Of a stretch of 64,000 nucleotides of DNA, positions 16,436-25,566 are shown one piece after another (the stretch's first letter is position 1; every line of letters starts with the position of its first letter). Location of the stretch: contig JANQNN010000035.1 of assembly GCA_028279545.1 (NCBI GenBank), positions 27,425-91,424 of the forward strand. The letters run 5' to 3'. This DNA comes from Nitrosopumilaceae archaeon (GTDB lineage Archaea; Thermoproteota; Nitrososphaeria; Nitrososphaerales; Nitrosopumilaceae). The translations under genes were made by a program, and so were the position numbers. The notes under the pieces were generated by a model. That model was not told where the DNA came from and searched no databases. It saw only the letters and a program-made list of their open reading frames with translations.

Positions 16436-17391
16436 ACTCGTTTACTCCTTATTTCTTTGACTTGTTTAACCATATTAAAAGATGTTATTCCATGTTTTTC
16501 TAAAAGTAATGAAATTTCTTTATCTCGTGCTGACTCTCCAAACATATCTTGCGCACCAATTCTTTTTATCGGAACTGGATATCTTTCTGAAACAGACTCA
16601 GCAACTGCTGAACCTAAACCACCAAAAATGTTGTGCTCCTCGCAGGTAACAATACCACCAGTCTCTCTTGCAGCTTTTTCTAAAAGGTCTCCGTCAATTG
16701 GTTTTATTGAAAACATGTCTAAAACTCTGCAAGAAATTCCTTCTTTTTGTAGCATTTCAGCTGCTTCTAATGCCATTCTCACAGTAATTCCACAAGCAGC
16801 AATTGTACAATCAGAGCCATCCCTTAGAGTAATTCCTTTACCTGTTTGAAATTCTTGGGAAGGAGAGTGGACAATTGGGGTTTTTGACCTTGCCATTCTC
16901 ATGTAAAATGGCCCATACTCGTTTGCCATCAGCTTTACTAATTTTGGAACAGCAATGGTATCAGCTGGAATAAAAACACGAAAGTTTGGAATTACTCGCA
17001 TTATCGCAATATCTTCAATTTGCTGATGAGATCCTCCATCCGGACCTACTGATAAGCCACCGTGGGATGCAACTAGTTTTACGTTAAGTCCTTTTTTTCC
17101 TGGTGGAGAAGGATATGCAATACCATTTCGAATTTGGTCTACTGCTCTTCCTGGGAGAAATATTGCATAAGTACTTGCAAATGCAGTCTTTCCAGAGTAC
17201 GCAAGACCTGCAGATATTGAGACTAGATTTCCTTCAGCAATACCTACATTAAAGAATCGATTTGGAAATTCTCGTCCAAAGGCGGAAGTTTTTAGAGAAT
17301 CAGTTGTATCTGCGCCTAAAACTACAACCTTTTCATTTTGGCTGCCAAGCTCAATTAGGGCTTTAGAGTATTCTGTTCTCATATCACCCAT
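16432..17391 (-). CDS. transketolase, C-terminal (pyrimidine-binding) subunit
   Basis: [12 protein letters not shown]..., GIAEGNLV and GPDGGSHQ motifs. Start moved to ATG 17391 (MGDMRTEY), because the longer ORF overlaps the upstream gene. Confidence 0.9.
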   Translation of the reverse strand: MGDMRTEYSKALIELGSQNEKVVVLGADTTDSLKTSAFGREFPNRFFNVGIAEGNLVSISAGLAYSGKTAFASTYAIFLPGRAVDQIRNGIAYPSPPGKKGLNVKLVASHGGLSVGPDGGSHQQIEDIAIMRVIPNFRVFIPADTIAVPKLVKLMANEYGPFYMRMARSKTPIVHSPSQEFQTGKGITLRDGSDCTIAACGITVRMALEAAEMLQKEGISCRVLDMFSIKPIDGDLLEKAARETGGIVTCEEHNIFGGLGSAVAESVSERYPVPIKRIGAQDMFGESARDKEISLLLEKHGITSFNMVKQVKEIRSKRV

Positions 17392-17402
17392 TTCTGGTGG
17401 AT

Positions 17403-19073
17403 TCAAATCAAGCCCTCCTCCTGTGCAATTTTTGTGATTTTTTCCTTCTTTTTTCCAACAACATGAAGTCCAATCCACTTGTTTACAAGCTCCGAGCCTC
17501 CAAACTTGTGAGCCTGTTCAAGTAAATTCTTTCTTCTCCTTCGAAGTACTTTGTGTCTAAACTCTCTAATTGCTTCTCTTACATTGTGTTGTCCAATAAT
17601 TGCACTTCCCCCAACAAAGGAACGTGCTCCATCTGCATAGCAAGACCCAACGTTTTCAAGGTTTACACCACCATCAGCTTCGATGTATCCCCGAAAATTA
17701 TTCTCCTTTAGGATAGGATCTAGATATCTCATTTTTTCATGAGTCTCAGGAATGTATTTCTGACCAGACTTGCCAGGAACTACAGACATTACAATTAGTT
17801 GGTCAAGTTTTGGTAGGAATTGATAAGACCATGGTGGCAAATCAGTTTCAGGATTTATTGCAAGACCAACACTTACTTGATTTTGTTTTAAGACATCACT
17901 AATCTCTCCAAAGCTTGATTCATCACAAACTTCTGCATGAACTGTAATGATATCACTTCCGGCATCTACATAATCCCGTAAATGTCTCAAAGGCTGTGAA
18001 ATCATTAGATGTGCATCAAATGGAATAAGAGTAAGCGGACGTAGCTCTTTGATTTTATTGTAATCAAAAGTTTTTGCTGGAACAAAATGGCCATCCATTA
18101 CATCAAGATGAATATAATCTGCTCTTCCATTGACACAACGTTTAACTTCATTTTCTAGGTTTGTCATATCTCCTGCAATAATCGAAGGAGCTATCATAAA
18201 TTGTGCATCAAGTTCTAAATTTATCAAAGGTACAATATCTAAATCCGGAGCTTTTCCGTGCCACTGTGGATTATCTTCCATGTGCTCTACTGCATTTCCT
18301 TTGATAGTTCTGCAGATAATAATTGTAGGAACACCTTTTGTTTGATTTGCTTTTTTTATTGCTCCATCAATTTGCTCAATTCTATGACCGTCAATCTCAA
18401 GTACATTCCATCCAAATGATCTCCACTTGTCTCCAGTCTTCCATCTTGATGCATCCTTCCACATCTCTGAGATATCATCACCAATTAGCTCCTCATCAAG
18501 TGGCATAACTTGTTCGGTGTAAGAGTCTTGTTGGATAAAGTTTCTATCTAAAAATACTGTTAGATTATCTAGCTTGTATTTGGCAGCAGTCATTGCAGCC
18601 TCCCAAATCTGACCTTCATCAGACTCTCCATCTCCAATTATGGTGTAAACATGATGACTCTTGTTGTCAATCTTGGCAGCTAAGGCAATACCTATTGAGT
18701 AGGATAATCCAGTTCCTAGCGAGCCTCCACAAAACTCTACACCTGGGCACTTCAAGTCTGGATGTCCTTGGAGTCTGCTTTCAAATTTTCTTAGAGTCTC
18801 TAGTTCTGATTCTGGAAAATAACCTGCAACTGCCATATTAGAAAACAATCCAGGAGAAGCATGTCCCTTTGAGAGAACAAGTCTGTCCCTGTCTTCCCAT
18901 GTGGGGTTTTTGGGATCAAATCTAAGATGTTTGTAAAATAGGCAGCCTAAAATTTCTGCCATAGAAAATGAACCTCCCGGATGGCCAGAGCCTGCCAGAC
19001 TAGTTGATTTTATGACAAGCTTTCTTGCCTGTAAGATGTTCTTCTTTATGTGATAATAATTCAGACCCAACAT
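17403..19073 (-). CDS. fusion protein: transketolase N-terminal (TPP-binding) subunit + ribulose-phosphate 3-epimerase
   Basis: Residues ~1-285 carry GSGHPGGSFSMAEI and GDGESDEGQIWEA (transketolase N). Residues ~295-510 carry MIAPSIIAGD, HLDVMDGHFVP, MSVVPGKSGQ and EADGGV (Rpe). One uninterrupted ORF. Confidence 0.85.
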   Translation of the reverse strand: MLGLNYYHIKKNILQARKLVIKSTSLAGSGHPGGSFSMAEILGCLFYKHLRFDPKNPTWEDRDRLVLSKGHASPGLFSNMAVAGYFPESELETLRKFESRLQGHPDLKCPGVEFCGGSLGTGLSYSIGIALAAKIDNKSHHVYTIIGDGESDEGQIWEAAMTAAKYKLDNLTVFLDRNFIQQDSYTEQVMPLDEELIGDDISEMWKDASRWKTGDKWRSFGWNVLEIDGHRIEQIDGAIKKANQTKGVPTIIICRTIKGNAVEHMEDNPQWHGKAPDLDIVPLINLELDAQFMIAPSIIAGDMTNLENEVKRCVNGRADYIHLDVMDGHFVPAKTFDYNKIKELRPLTLIPFDAHLMISQPLRHLRDYVDAGSDIITVHAEVCDESSFGEISDVLKQNQVSVGLAINPETDLPPWSYQFLPKLDQLIVMSVVPGKSGQKYIPETHEKMRYLDPILKENNFRGYIEADGGVNLENVGSCYADGARSFVGGSAIIGQHNVREAIREFRHKVLRRRRKNLLEQAHKFGGSELVNKWIGLHVVGKKKEKITKIAQEEGLI

Positions 19074-19158
19074 GTACTTGACTTTTGAAATTTAATAAAA
19101 GTCTATTTCTGCAAAGAAAACTTTGAGAAAAAATCTGATTCGCTAAAACTCATTTATT

Positions 19159-20412
19159 TTATGGAACTGGGGCTACTATAATTACAGCGCCGCCGACTTG
19201 GATCAAGACTCCGCTAAAGGATTCTACAGTAAGGTTGGATCCTGCTGGTATTGTCAAGGTAACTCCATTTGGAATTGTTAGAACAGAGGTGTTCTCAACA
19301 ATTACACTTCCAGCTGCAGTTGCATTTCCAGTCATTGTACAACTAGCATCAACTATCCAATCTCCAAAGACTGGTGGAGCACATGTACAAACATCAATTG
19401 GTTGGTCACCAAAGATTGTTCCAGTAACTGAGCCAAAGCAGTCATTTTCAATTGTTCCAAGGTTAGTAAAGGTGCTAGTGTTAGTTATTGGACCATTGTT
19501 GTTTATGGTACCAAGGTTTGTTACAACACCATTGTTGTCAAAGGCTCCCGTATTGTTGAGTGTACCGTTAATAGTTATTGTGCCATTATTTACTAGAGTT
19601 TCATTGCTGTTGTTTGTAAAAGTAACACCGTTGTTAATTACAAGTGTGGTTCCTGCATCAACGGTTAGCGTGTTTCCTGTCTCAATTGTAGTGTCTTGAG
19701 TTACAGTAATTGTTCCAAGACTATCAAGTGAAAAGCTGTTTGTAATGGAAGTTGCTAGTACTGGTGGATTTGCACCATCAAGTGTTCCATTGTTAACATA
19801 ATCACCATTTAGTGTAAATGTACCGTCATTTGTGAAGGTTCCATTATCAGTAATTGTACCATTGTTTGTTACAACATTGTTGTTAAGAATAGTACCATTG
19901 TTTGTTATGGTGTCTGTTGCATTGTTAATTATTGTACCATTGTTTGTTAGAGTTACCCCACCATTGATTACAAGTTCAGTGCCATCCTCAATAGTTAGGG
20001 TATTTCCAGTCTCAATCGTGGTGTCAGAAGCTGCTGTAATTGTTCCAAGGCTAATTATGGAAAAGCTGTTGGTAATACTTGTGGCTAATATTGGTTGATT
20101 ACCAGTAAAGGTATCAGTGTTTGTGTAATCACCATTTAGAATGAAGGTGCCGTTATTTGTGAAAGTACCATTGTTAGTTACAACATTGTTGTTAATGATT
20201 GTACCATTGTTGAGAATGGTATCATCACTGTCATTGATTATAGTACCATTGTTAGTCAAAGTCTTACCACTATCAACTACAAGTGTTGTGCCTGCACCAA
20301 TAGTTAGTGTAACACCTGCATCAATTGTGGTATCCTCAGTAATGGTAATGGTACCTAGACCATCAAGTGGGAAAGAGTTTGTAACTGAAGTAGCCAACTC
20401 TGGTTGGTTACC
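19159..20412 (-). repeat. ~1.25 kb near-identical block (copy 1) shared by the 3' ends of the two giant genes
   Basis: The last 417 codons of A align without indels to the last 417 codons of B at a constant offset of 5154 nt. Only scattered substitutions by eye. Confidence 0.85.
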
Positions 20413-23400
20413 AGTAAGGGTTCCACCTGCAATATCAAAATCTCCATTTAATGTTAAGGTCGCATTGTTTGTAAAGGTGCCATTATTTATCAAAGTTCCA
20501 TTAAGGATTACCGTAGTTACACTGTTGTTAACTATTGTACCATTGTTTGTTAGAGTAACACCTGTGTCAATTTCTAGAGTAGTGCCAGGACCAATAGTTA
20601 ATGTGTTTCCAGTTTCAACTGTGGTGTCTGCGGTTACATTAATTGTAGCAGAACCAGTAATGTTAGCATCATTTGTAATTGATGTTGCCAAGACTGGTGC
20701 ATTTGTTCCATCAAGGGTTCCATTGTTGGTGAAATCTCCATTTATGGTAAAGGTTCCATTGTTGGTAAGAGTAACAATACTGTCGTTAACTACAGCACCA
20801 TTATTGGTAAGAACGTTATTGTTTATCAAAGTAGAACCACCATTAATTGTTAAAGTCCAAGTTGGGTCAACTACTATCGTAGTTCCAGTACCAATAGTCA
20901 AAGTACTACTACTTGAGATTTGAGTATCTGCATCTATTGTAATTGTCCCAGCTCCAGTGATTGTTGCATCATTGGTTATGTTTGTTGATAAGAATGGCTG
21001 ATTGCCTGTAAACGTTCCATTGTTTGTAAAACTACCATTTAATCCAAGACCACCATTATTTTGTATAGTACCATCATTGATTAGTGTCATTGAACTATGA
21101 ACTGTTAGAGTATCAGAAGCATCAATAGTTAATGTAGTTCCAGTGCCAACAGTAACAGTTACTCCATTATTGATATTGGTATTACCCTTTGTGACAACAT
21201 CACCTGCGTTGATTATTTCAGAATCATGGTTTATCGTGGTATCTAGTTCTGGATCATTACCTGTAATAGTACCTGAACCATTATAATTTCCATCTATTGT
21301 AAAAACGCCTAAGGTATTATCAATTGTACCGTTGTTGATAATAGTGCCTCCATCGATAATGATGGTTTCAAGACTTTGGTTTGTAAGTGTAATACCGGCA
21401 TTAATTACAAGTGTGGTTCCTTCCTCTACAGTTAACGTAGCATCAGTAATTGTTGTATTTTCAGATATAGTGACTGTTGCTAAACCAGATAATGTAACAT
21501 CATTTGTAATATCAGTGGCAAGTATTGGTTGGTTGCCGTTAAAGGTGCCATTTTGATTAAATTGGCCGTTTAGGGTGAAGGTTCCATTATTTGTAAAGGT
21601 ACCATTGTTGGTAAGAGTACCGTTAATGATTATTGTATCATTGTTGATAAGAGTAATAGGGCTTTCGTTAACTAGAATTACACCTTCGTCAACGATAAGA
21701 GTGGTTCCTGTGCCTATAGTTAGGGTATTTGGATCTATAATGTTAGTATTTTGTGTAACGTTAATTGTTCCACCATTGGTAATGCTAGTATCATTTGAGA
21801 TAAATTCTGCCAGTGTTAATTGGTTACCTGTAATGGTACCAGTTCCCGAATAATTTCCGTTTAATTCAACGGTACCTGTTGTATTATCAAGTACACCATT
21901 GTTTATCAAAGCGCCTCCATCAATTTCTAGAGTAACAGGACTTGTGTTTGTAAGTGTAATACCAGAATTAATTACAAGTGTAGTGCCATCTGCAATGTTT
22001 AGAGTTACATCGTCAATTAATGTTGCAACTGCAACTGTAATTGTTCCACCATTTTGTATTGTAGAATCATTGTTTACAGTAGTTGCCAAGGCTGGTGCAG
22101 CGCTTCCAGCAAGGGTTCCACCAGAGTTATCAAAGTCTCCATTTATTGTAAAGGTGTCATTGTTTGTTAGAGTACCAGTGTTGGTGAAAGTACCATTGCT
22201 TGTTACAGTACCATCATTGGTAAATGTTCCACTGTTGATTAAAGTAACATCACTGTTGTTAATGATAATACCGTTGTTAGTTAGAGTATCATTATTTGTA
22301 AGAGTAGAGCCGCTCTCAATTGTAAGGGTAAATGTATCATCAACTACAAATGTGGTTCCAGTTTCAATTGTCACAGAGCCACCATCAATGAATGTGTTTA
22401 CTCCAACGTTAATTGTTCCAGCATTTGTAATTGTTGCTGGATTAGTTACTGTAGTTGCAAGGACTGGTGCATTAGCTCCATCAAGGGTGCCACCCTCATT
22501 ATCAAAGTCACCATTTATGGTAAATGTACCATTGTTGGTAATTGTAGTGTCACTATGATTAACTACTGAACCGTTGTTGGTAAGAGTTCCACCACTATCA
22601 ATCATTAGTGTTGCTCCATCATTAACCCTAAAGGTATTGCCGCTGTCAACTATGATTGTAGTGCCATCACCAATAGTTAGTAAATATGGAGACGTAATTG
22701 TAACATCAGAATCTATGTTAATTTGTGGAACACCAATTAGTAGGGCAACATTGTCAATAGTAGAATTAAGAACTGGTTGATTTGGCCCATTCAAAGTACC
22801 ATCGTTCAAAAAGCTTCCATTAATGGTAAAGGTACCGTTATTGGTTAGAGTACCATCATTATCGATTGTACCATTGACTACAAGAGTTGTATCAGCGTTA
22901 TTGATTAGTGTAGCACCACTCTCAATTGTAAGGGTGAATAAAGGATCAACTTCTATTGTAGTGCCAGCCTCTATGGTTAGAGTATTTGGAGAATCAACTT
23001 GAACGCCAGCTCCTACATTAATTGTTCCAGCTTCAGTAATTGCTGCATCATTTGTAATGTTTGCAGGTAATACTGGTGCGTTATCTCCACCAAGAGTACC
23101 ACCAGTGTTATCAAAGTCTCCGTTTATTGTAAAAGTACCATTGTTGGTAAGAGTACCATTGTTATCAACAGTACCATTGTTAGTAAGAGTACCACCGCTA
23201 TCAACTACAAGAGTAGTAAAAGCGTTGTTAACAATTGTTGCGCCATCTTCAACAACTAGTTCAAAACCCGACTTTACATCAACTGATGTTCCAGCTTCAA
23301 TTGTTAAAGTATTTGGAGAGTCAACTTGAGTTAAAGCTCCTACATCTATAGTTCCAGCATCAGTAATTGTTGCATCATTTGTAATGTTTGCAGCTAGTAC

Positions 23401-24222
23401 TGGTTGATTTCCAGTAAAAGGTGAGTTATTGTCAGTAAAATCTCCGTTTATGATAAAAGTACCACCGGTATTGTCAACCGTAGCATTGTTTACGAAAGCT
23501 CCATTATTGGTGAAAGTATCATTATTATCAAAAGTACCACCGTTTGTAAAAGTAGTAGAACTATTGTTTGCTATGTCACCATTGTTTTCAACTTCACCAC
23601 CAGCATTGGTTGTAAGAGAAGCACCATCAGCAATTGTTAGTGTAAAGGTAGAATTAACATCTAAAATGGTGCCAGTCTCAATTGTTAAAGTATTTGGAGA
23701 TTCAACTGTTGTCTCTGCATTGACGTCAACTATTCCGGCGTCAGTTATTGTTACATCATTATCTACTGTAGTGGCCATTTCTGGTTGATTGCCAGCATAA
23801 CCTTCACTTCCAGAATTATCAAAATCTCCATTTAATGAAATAATTCCACCGGTGTTGTCGATATCACCATTGTTGGTAAAAGAACCATCAATGTTAACAG
23901 TACCGTCATTGGTAAGAAATCCACCAGAATTTATTGTAAAGGAGTCAAGGTCATCAATGGTAAAAGTAAAACCATCTGTAATAAGATCCACACCTGATGG
24001 AACGATAACACCATCTTCGGCTCCTGTTGCAAAGCTAGCAGTTAAGGTACAAGTATCTGGATCTGGACCTGCATCAAAGGTACCAATTATTGGTCCATCG
24101 CCGTCACAAGTTGTGGCATCTACAGTAAAGGCAGCACCTGCATGAGCCTCTGGCATCATACTTGGAACTGCTAAAATCATGGAGATCACAAAAATAGGCA
24201 CGAAAAGTAACGAAATTTTCAA
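19159..24222 (-). CDS. giant secreted Thr/Asn/Gly-rich modular repeat protein A (1687 aa, 14 modules)
   Basis: TTG start. Signal-like MKISLLFVPIFVISMILAVPSMMPEAHAG. 14 modules of 85-124 aa, each opening with GNQP-x-LAT-x-ITN or a variant. Unique 83-aa Cys4 C-terminal domain. Uninterrupted 5 kb frame. Confidence 0.85.
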   Translation of the reverse strand: MKISLLFVPIFVISMILAVPSMMPEAHAGAAFTVDATTCDGDGPIIGTFDAGPDPDTCTLTASFATGAEDGVIVPSGVDLITDGFTFTIDDLDSFTINSGGFLTNDGTVNIDGSFTNNGDIDNTGGIISLNGDFDNSGSEGYAGNQPEMATTVDNDVTITDAGIVDVNAETTVESPNTLTIETGTILDVNSTFTLTIADGASLTTNAGGEVENNGDIANNSSTTFTNGGTFDNNDTFTNNGAFVNNATVDNTGGTFIINGDFTDNNSPFTGNQPVLAANITNDATITDAGTIDVGALTQVDSPNTLTIEAGTSVDVKSGFELVVEDGATIVNNAFTTLVVDSGGTLTNNGTVDNNGTLTNNGTFTINGDFDNTGGTLGGDNAPVLPANITNDAAITEAGTINVGAGVQVDSPNTLTIEAGTTIEVDPLFTLTIESGATLINNADTTLVVNGTIDNDGTLTNNGTFTINGSFLNDGTLNGPNQPVLNSTIDNVALLIGVPQINIDSDVTITSPYLLTIGDGTTIIVDSGNTFRVNDGATLMIDSGGTLTNNGSVVNHSDTTITNNGTFTINGDFDNEGGTLDGANAPVLATTVTNPATITNAGTINVGVNTFIDGGSVTIETGTTFVVDDTFTLTIESGSTLTNNDTLTNNGIIINNSDVTLINSGTFTNDGTVTSNGTFTNTGTLTNNDTFTINGDFDNSGGTLAGSAAPALATTVNNDSTIQNGGTITVAVATLIDDVTLNIADGTTLVINSGITLTNTSPVTLEIDGGALINNGVLDNTTGTVELNGNYSGTGTITGNQLTLAEFISNDTSITNGGTINVTQNTNIIDPNTLTIGTGTTLIVDEGVILVNESPITLINNDTIIINGTLTNNGTFTNNGTFTLNGQFNQNGTFNGNQPILATDITNDVTLSGLATVTISENTTITDATLTVEEGTTLVINAGITLTNQSLETIIIDGGTIINNGTIDNTLGVFTIDGNYNGSGTITGNDPELDTTINHDSEIINAGDVVTKGNTNINNGVTVTVGTGTTLTIDASDTLTVHSSMTLINDGTIQNNGGLGLNGSFTNNGTFTGNQPFLSTNITNDATITGAGTITIDADTQISSSSTLTIGTGTTIVVDPTWTLTINGGSTLINNNVLTNNGAVVNDSIVTLTNNGTFTINGDFTNNGTLDGTNAPVLATSITNDANITGSATINVTADTTVETGNTLTIGPGTTLEIDTGVTLTNNGTIVNNSVTTVILNGTLINNGTFTNNATLTLNGDFDIAGGTLTGNQPELATSVTNSFPLDGLGTITITEDTTIDAGVTLTIGAGTTLVVDSGKTLTNNGTIINDSDDTILNNGTIINNNVVTNNGTFTNNGTFILNGDYTNTDTFTGNQPILATSITNSFSIISLGTITAASDTTIETGNTLTIEDGTELVINGGVTLTNNGTIINNATDTITNNGTILNNNVVTNNGTITDNGTFTNDGTFTLNGDYVNNGTLDGANPPVLATSITNSFSLDSLGTITVTQDTTIETGNTLTVDAGTTLVINNGVTFTNNSNETLVNNGTITINGTLNNTGAFDNNGVVTNLGTINNNGPITNTSTFTNLGTIENDCFGSVTGTIFGDQPIDVCTCAPPVFGDWIVDASCTMTGNATAAGSVIVENTSVLTIPNGVTLTIPAGSNLTVESFSGVLIQVGGAVIIVAPVP
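21829..22479 (-). repeat. ~0.65 kb near-identical internal block (copy 1; modules A5-A6)
   Basis: 217 codons from GANAPVLATTVTNPATITNAG to NGNYSGTGTIT are nearly identical to B modules 2-3. The offset is 5148 nt. Confidence 0.8.
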
Positions 24223-24312
24223 TACAATATTTTGAAACAGGATCTTTATTAGCCTTTTTTATGAATAAATCCTTTTAACCTTCTTTTTTCCTGATCTGAA
24301 GATTTTTTCAGA

Positions 24313-25566
24313 TTATGAAACTGGGGCTACTATAATTACTGCACCGCCGACTTGGATCAAAACTCCACTAAGTGAAACTACGGTCAGGTTAGATCCTGCA
24401 GGTATTGTCAAAGTGACACCATTGGGAACTGTTAGGACAGAGTTGTTTAAGACAAGGACATTTCCTGCTGCTGTGGCATTTGCAGACATTGTACAACTTT
24501 CATCAACTACCCAATCTCCAAAGACTGGTGGTGAACATGTACAAATATCGATTGGTTGATCTCCAAAGATTGTTCCAGTAACTGAGCCAAAGCAGTCATT
24601 TTGAATTGTTCCAAGGTTGGTAAAGGTGCTAGTGTTAGTTATTGGACCATTGTTGTTTATGGTACCAAGGTTAGTTACAACACTATTGTTGGTAAATGCT
24701 CCACTATTGTTAACAGTTCCATTGTTTGTTATTGTGCCGTTATTAATTAGAGTCTCACTACTGTTGTTAGTCAAAGTAACACCATTGTTTATTACAAGGG
24801 TGGTTCCTGCATCAACAGTTAGGGTGTTTCCTTCCTCAATTGTAGTATCAGCTGCTACGGTAATTGTTCCAAGACTATCAAGTGAGAAGGTGTTTGTAAT
24901 GGAAGTTGCTAATACTGGTGGATTTGCACCATCAAGTGTTCCATTGTTAACATAATCTCCATTTAGTGTAAAGGTTCCATCATTTGTGAAGGTTCCATTA
25001 TCAGTAATTGTACCATTGTTTGTTACTACATTGTTGTTAAGGATAGTACCATTGTTTGTTATGGTATCTGTTGCATTGTTAATTATGGTACCATTGTTTG
25101 TTAGAGTAACACCGCCATTAATTACAAGTTCAGTGCCATCCTCAATGGTCAAAGTATTTCCAGTCTCAATTGTGGTGTTGGAGGTTGCTGTAATTGTTCC
25201 AAGACTAATTATTGAAAAGCTGTTGGTAATGCTTGTGGCTAATATTGGCTGGTTACCAGTAAAGGTATCAGTGTTTGTGTAATCTCCATTTAGAATGAAG
25301 GTACCGTTGTTTGTGAAAGTACCATTGTTTGTGACAACATTGTTGTTAATGATTGTACCATTGTTGAGGATAGTATCATCGCTGTCATTAATTATAGTGC
25401 CATTGTTTGTTAGAGTTTGGCCACTATCAACTACTAGCGTGGTTCCTGCACCAACGGTAAGGGTAACACCTGCATCAATTGTGGTATCTTCAGTTATTGT
25501 AATTGTGCCTAATCCATCAAGTGGGAAAGAGTTTGTAACTGAAGTTGCCAACTCTGGTTGGTTACC
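24313..25566 (-). repeat. ~1.25 kb near-identical block (copy 2)
   Basis: Counterpart of 19159-20412. Confidence 0.85.

Noticed and set aside
16432-17478. Long form of the transketolase C-terminal subunit starting at 17478 (MDWTSCCWKKEGKNH...)
   Set aside because: It would overlap the preceding TktN-Rpe gene by 76 nt, and the extra residues are non-homologous. ATG 17391 (MGDMRTEY) fits the family N-terminus and leaves an 11-nt spacer. Similar trimming was applied to rps2, GGPPS, nuoJ, pepA, the S2P protease, rfcL and argH.
17403-19073. Possibility that the TktN-Rpe fusion is two genes joined by a sequencing error
   Set aside because: This cannot be excluded without reads. The frame is continuous, the junction (…APDLDIVPLINLELDAQFMIAPSII…) has no homopolymer run, and the next gene begins normally. 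It is therefore kept as a real fusion and flagged for verification.
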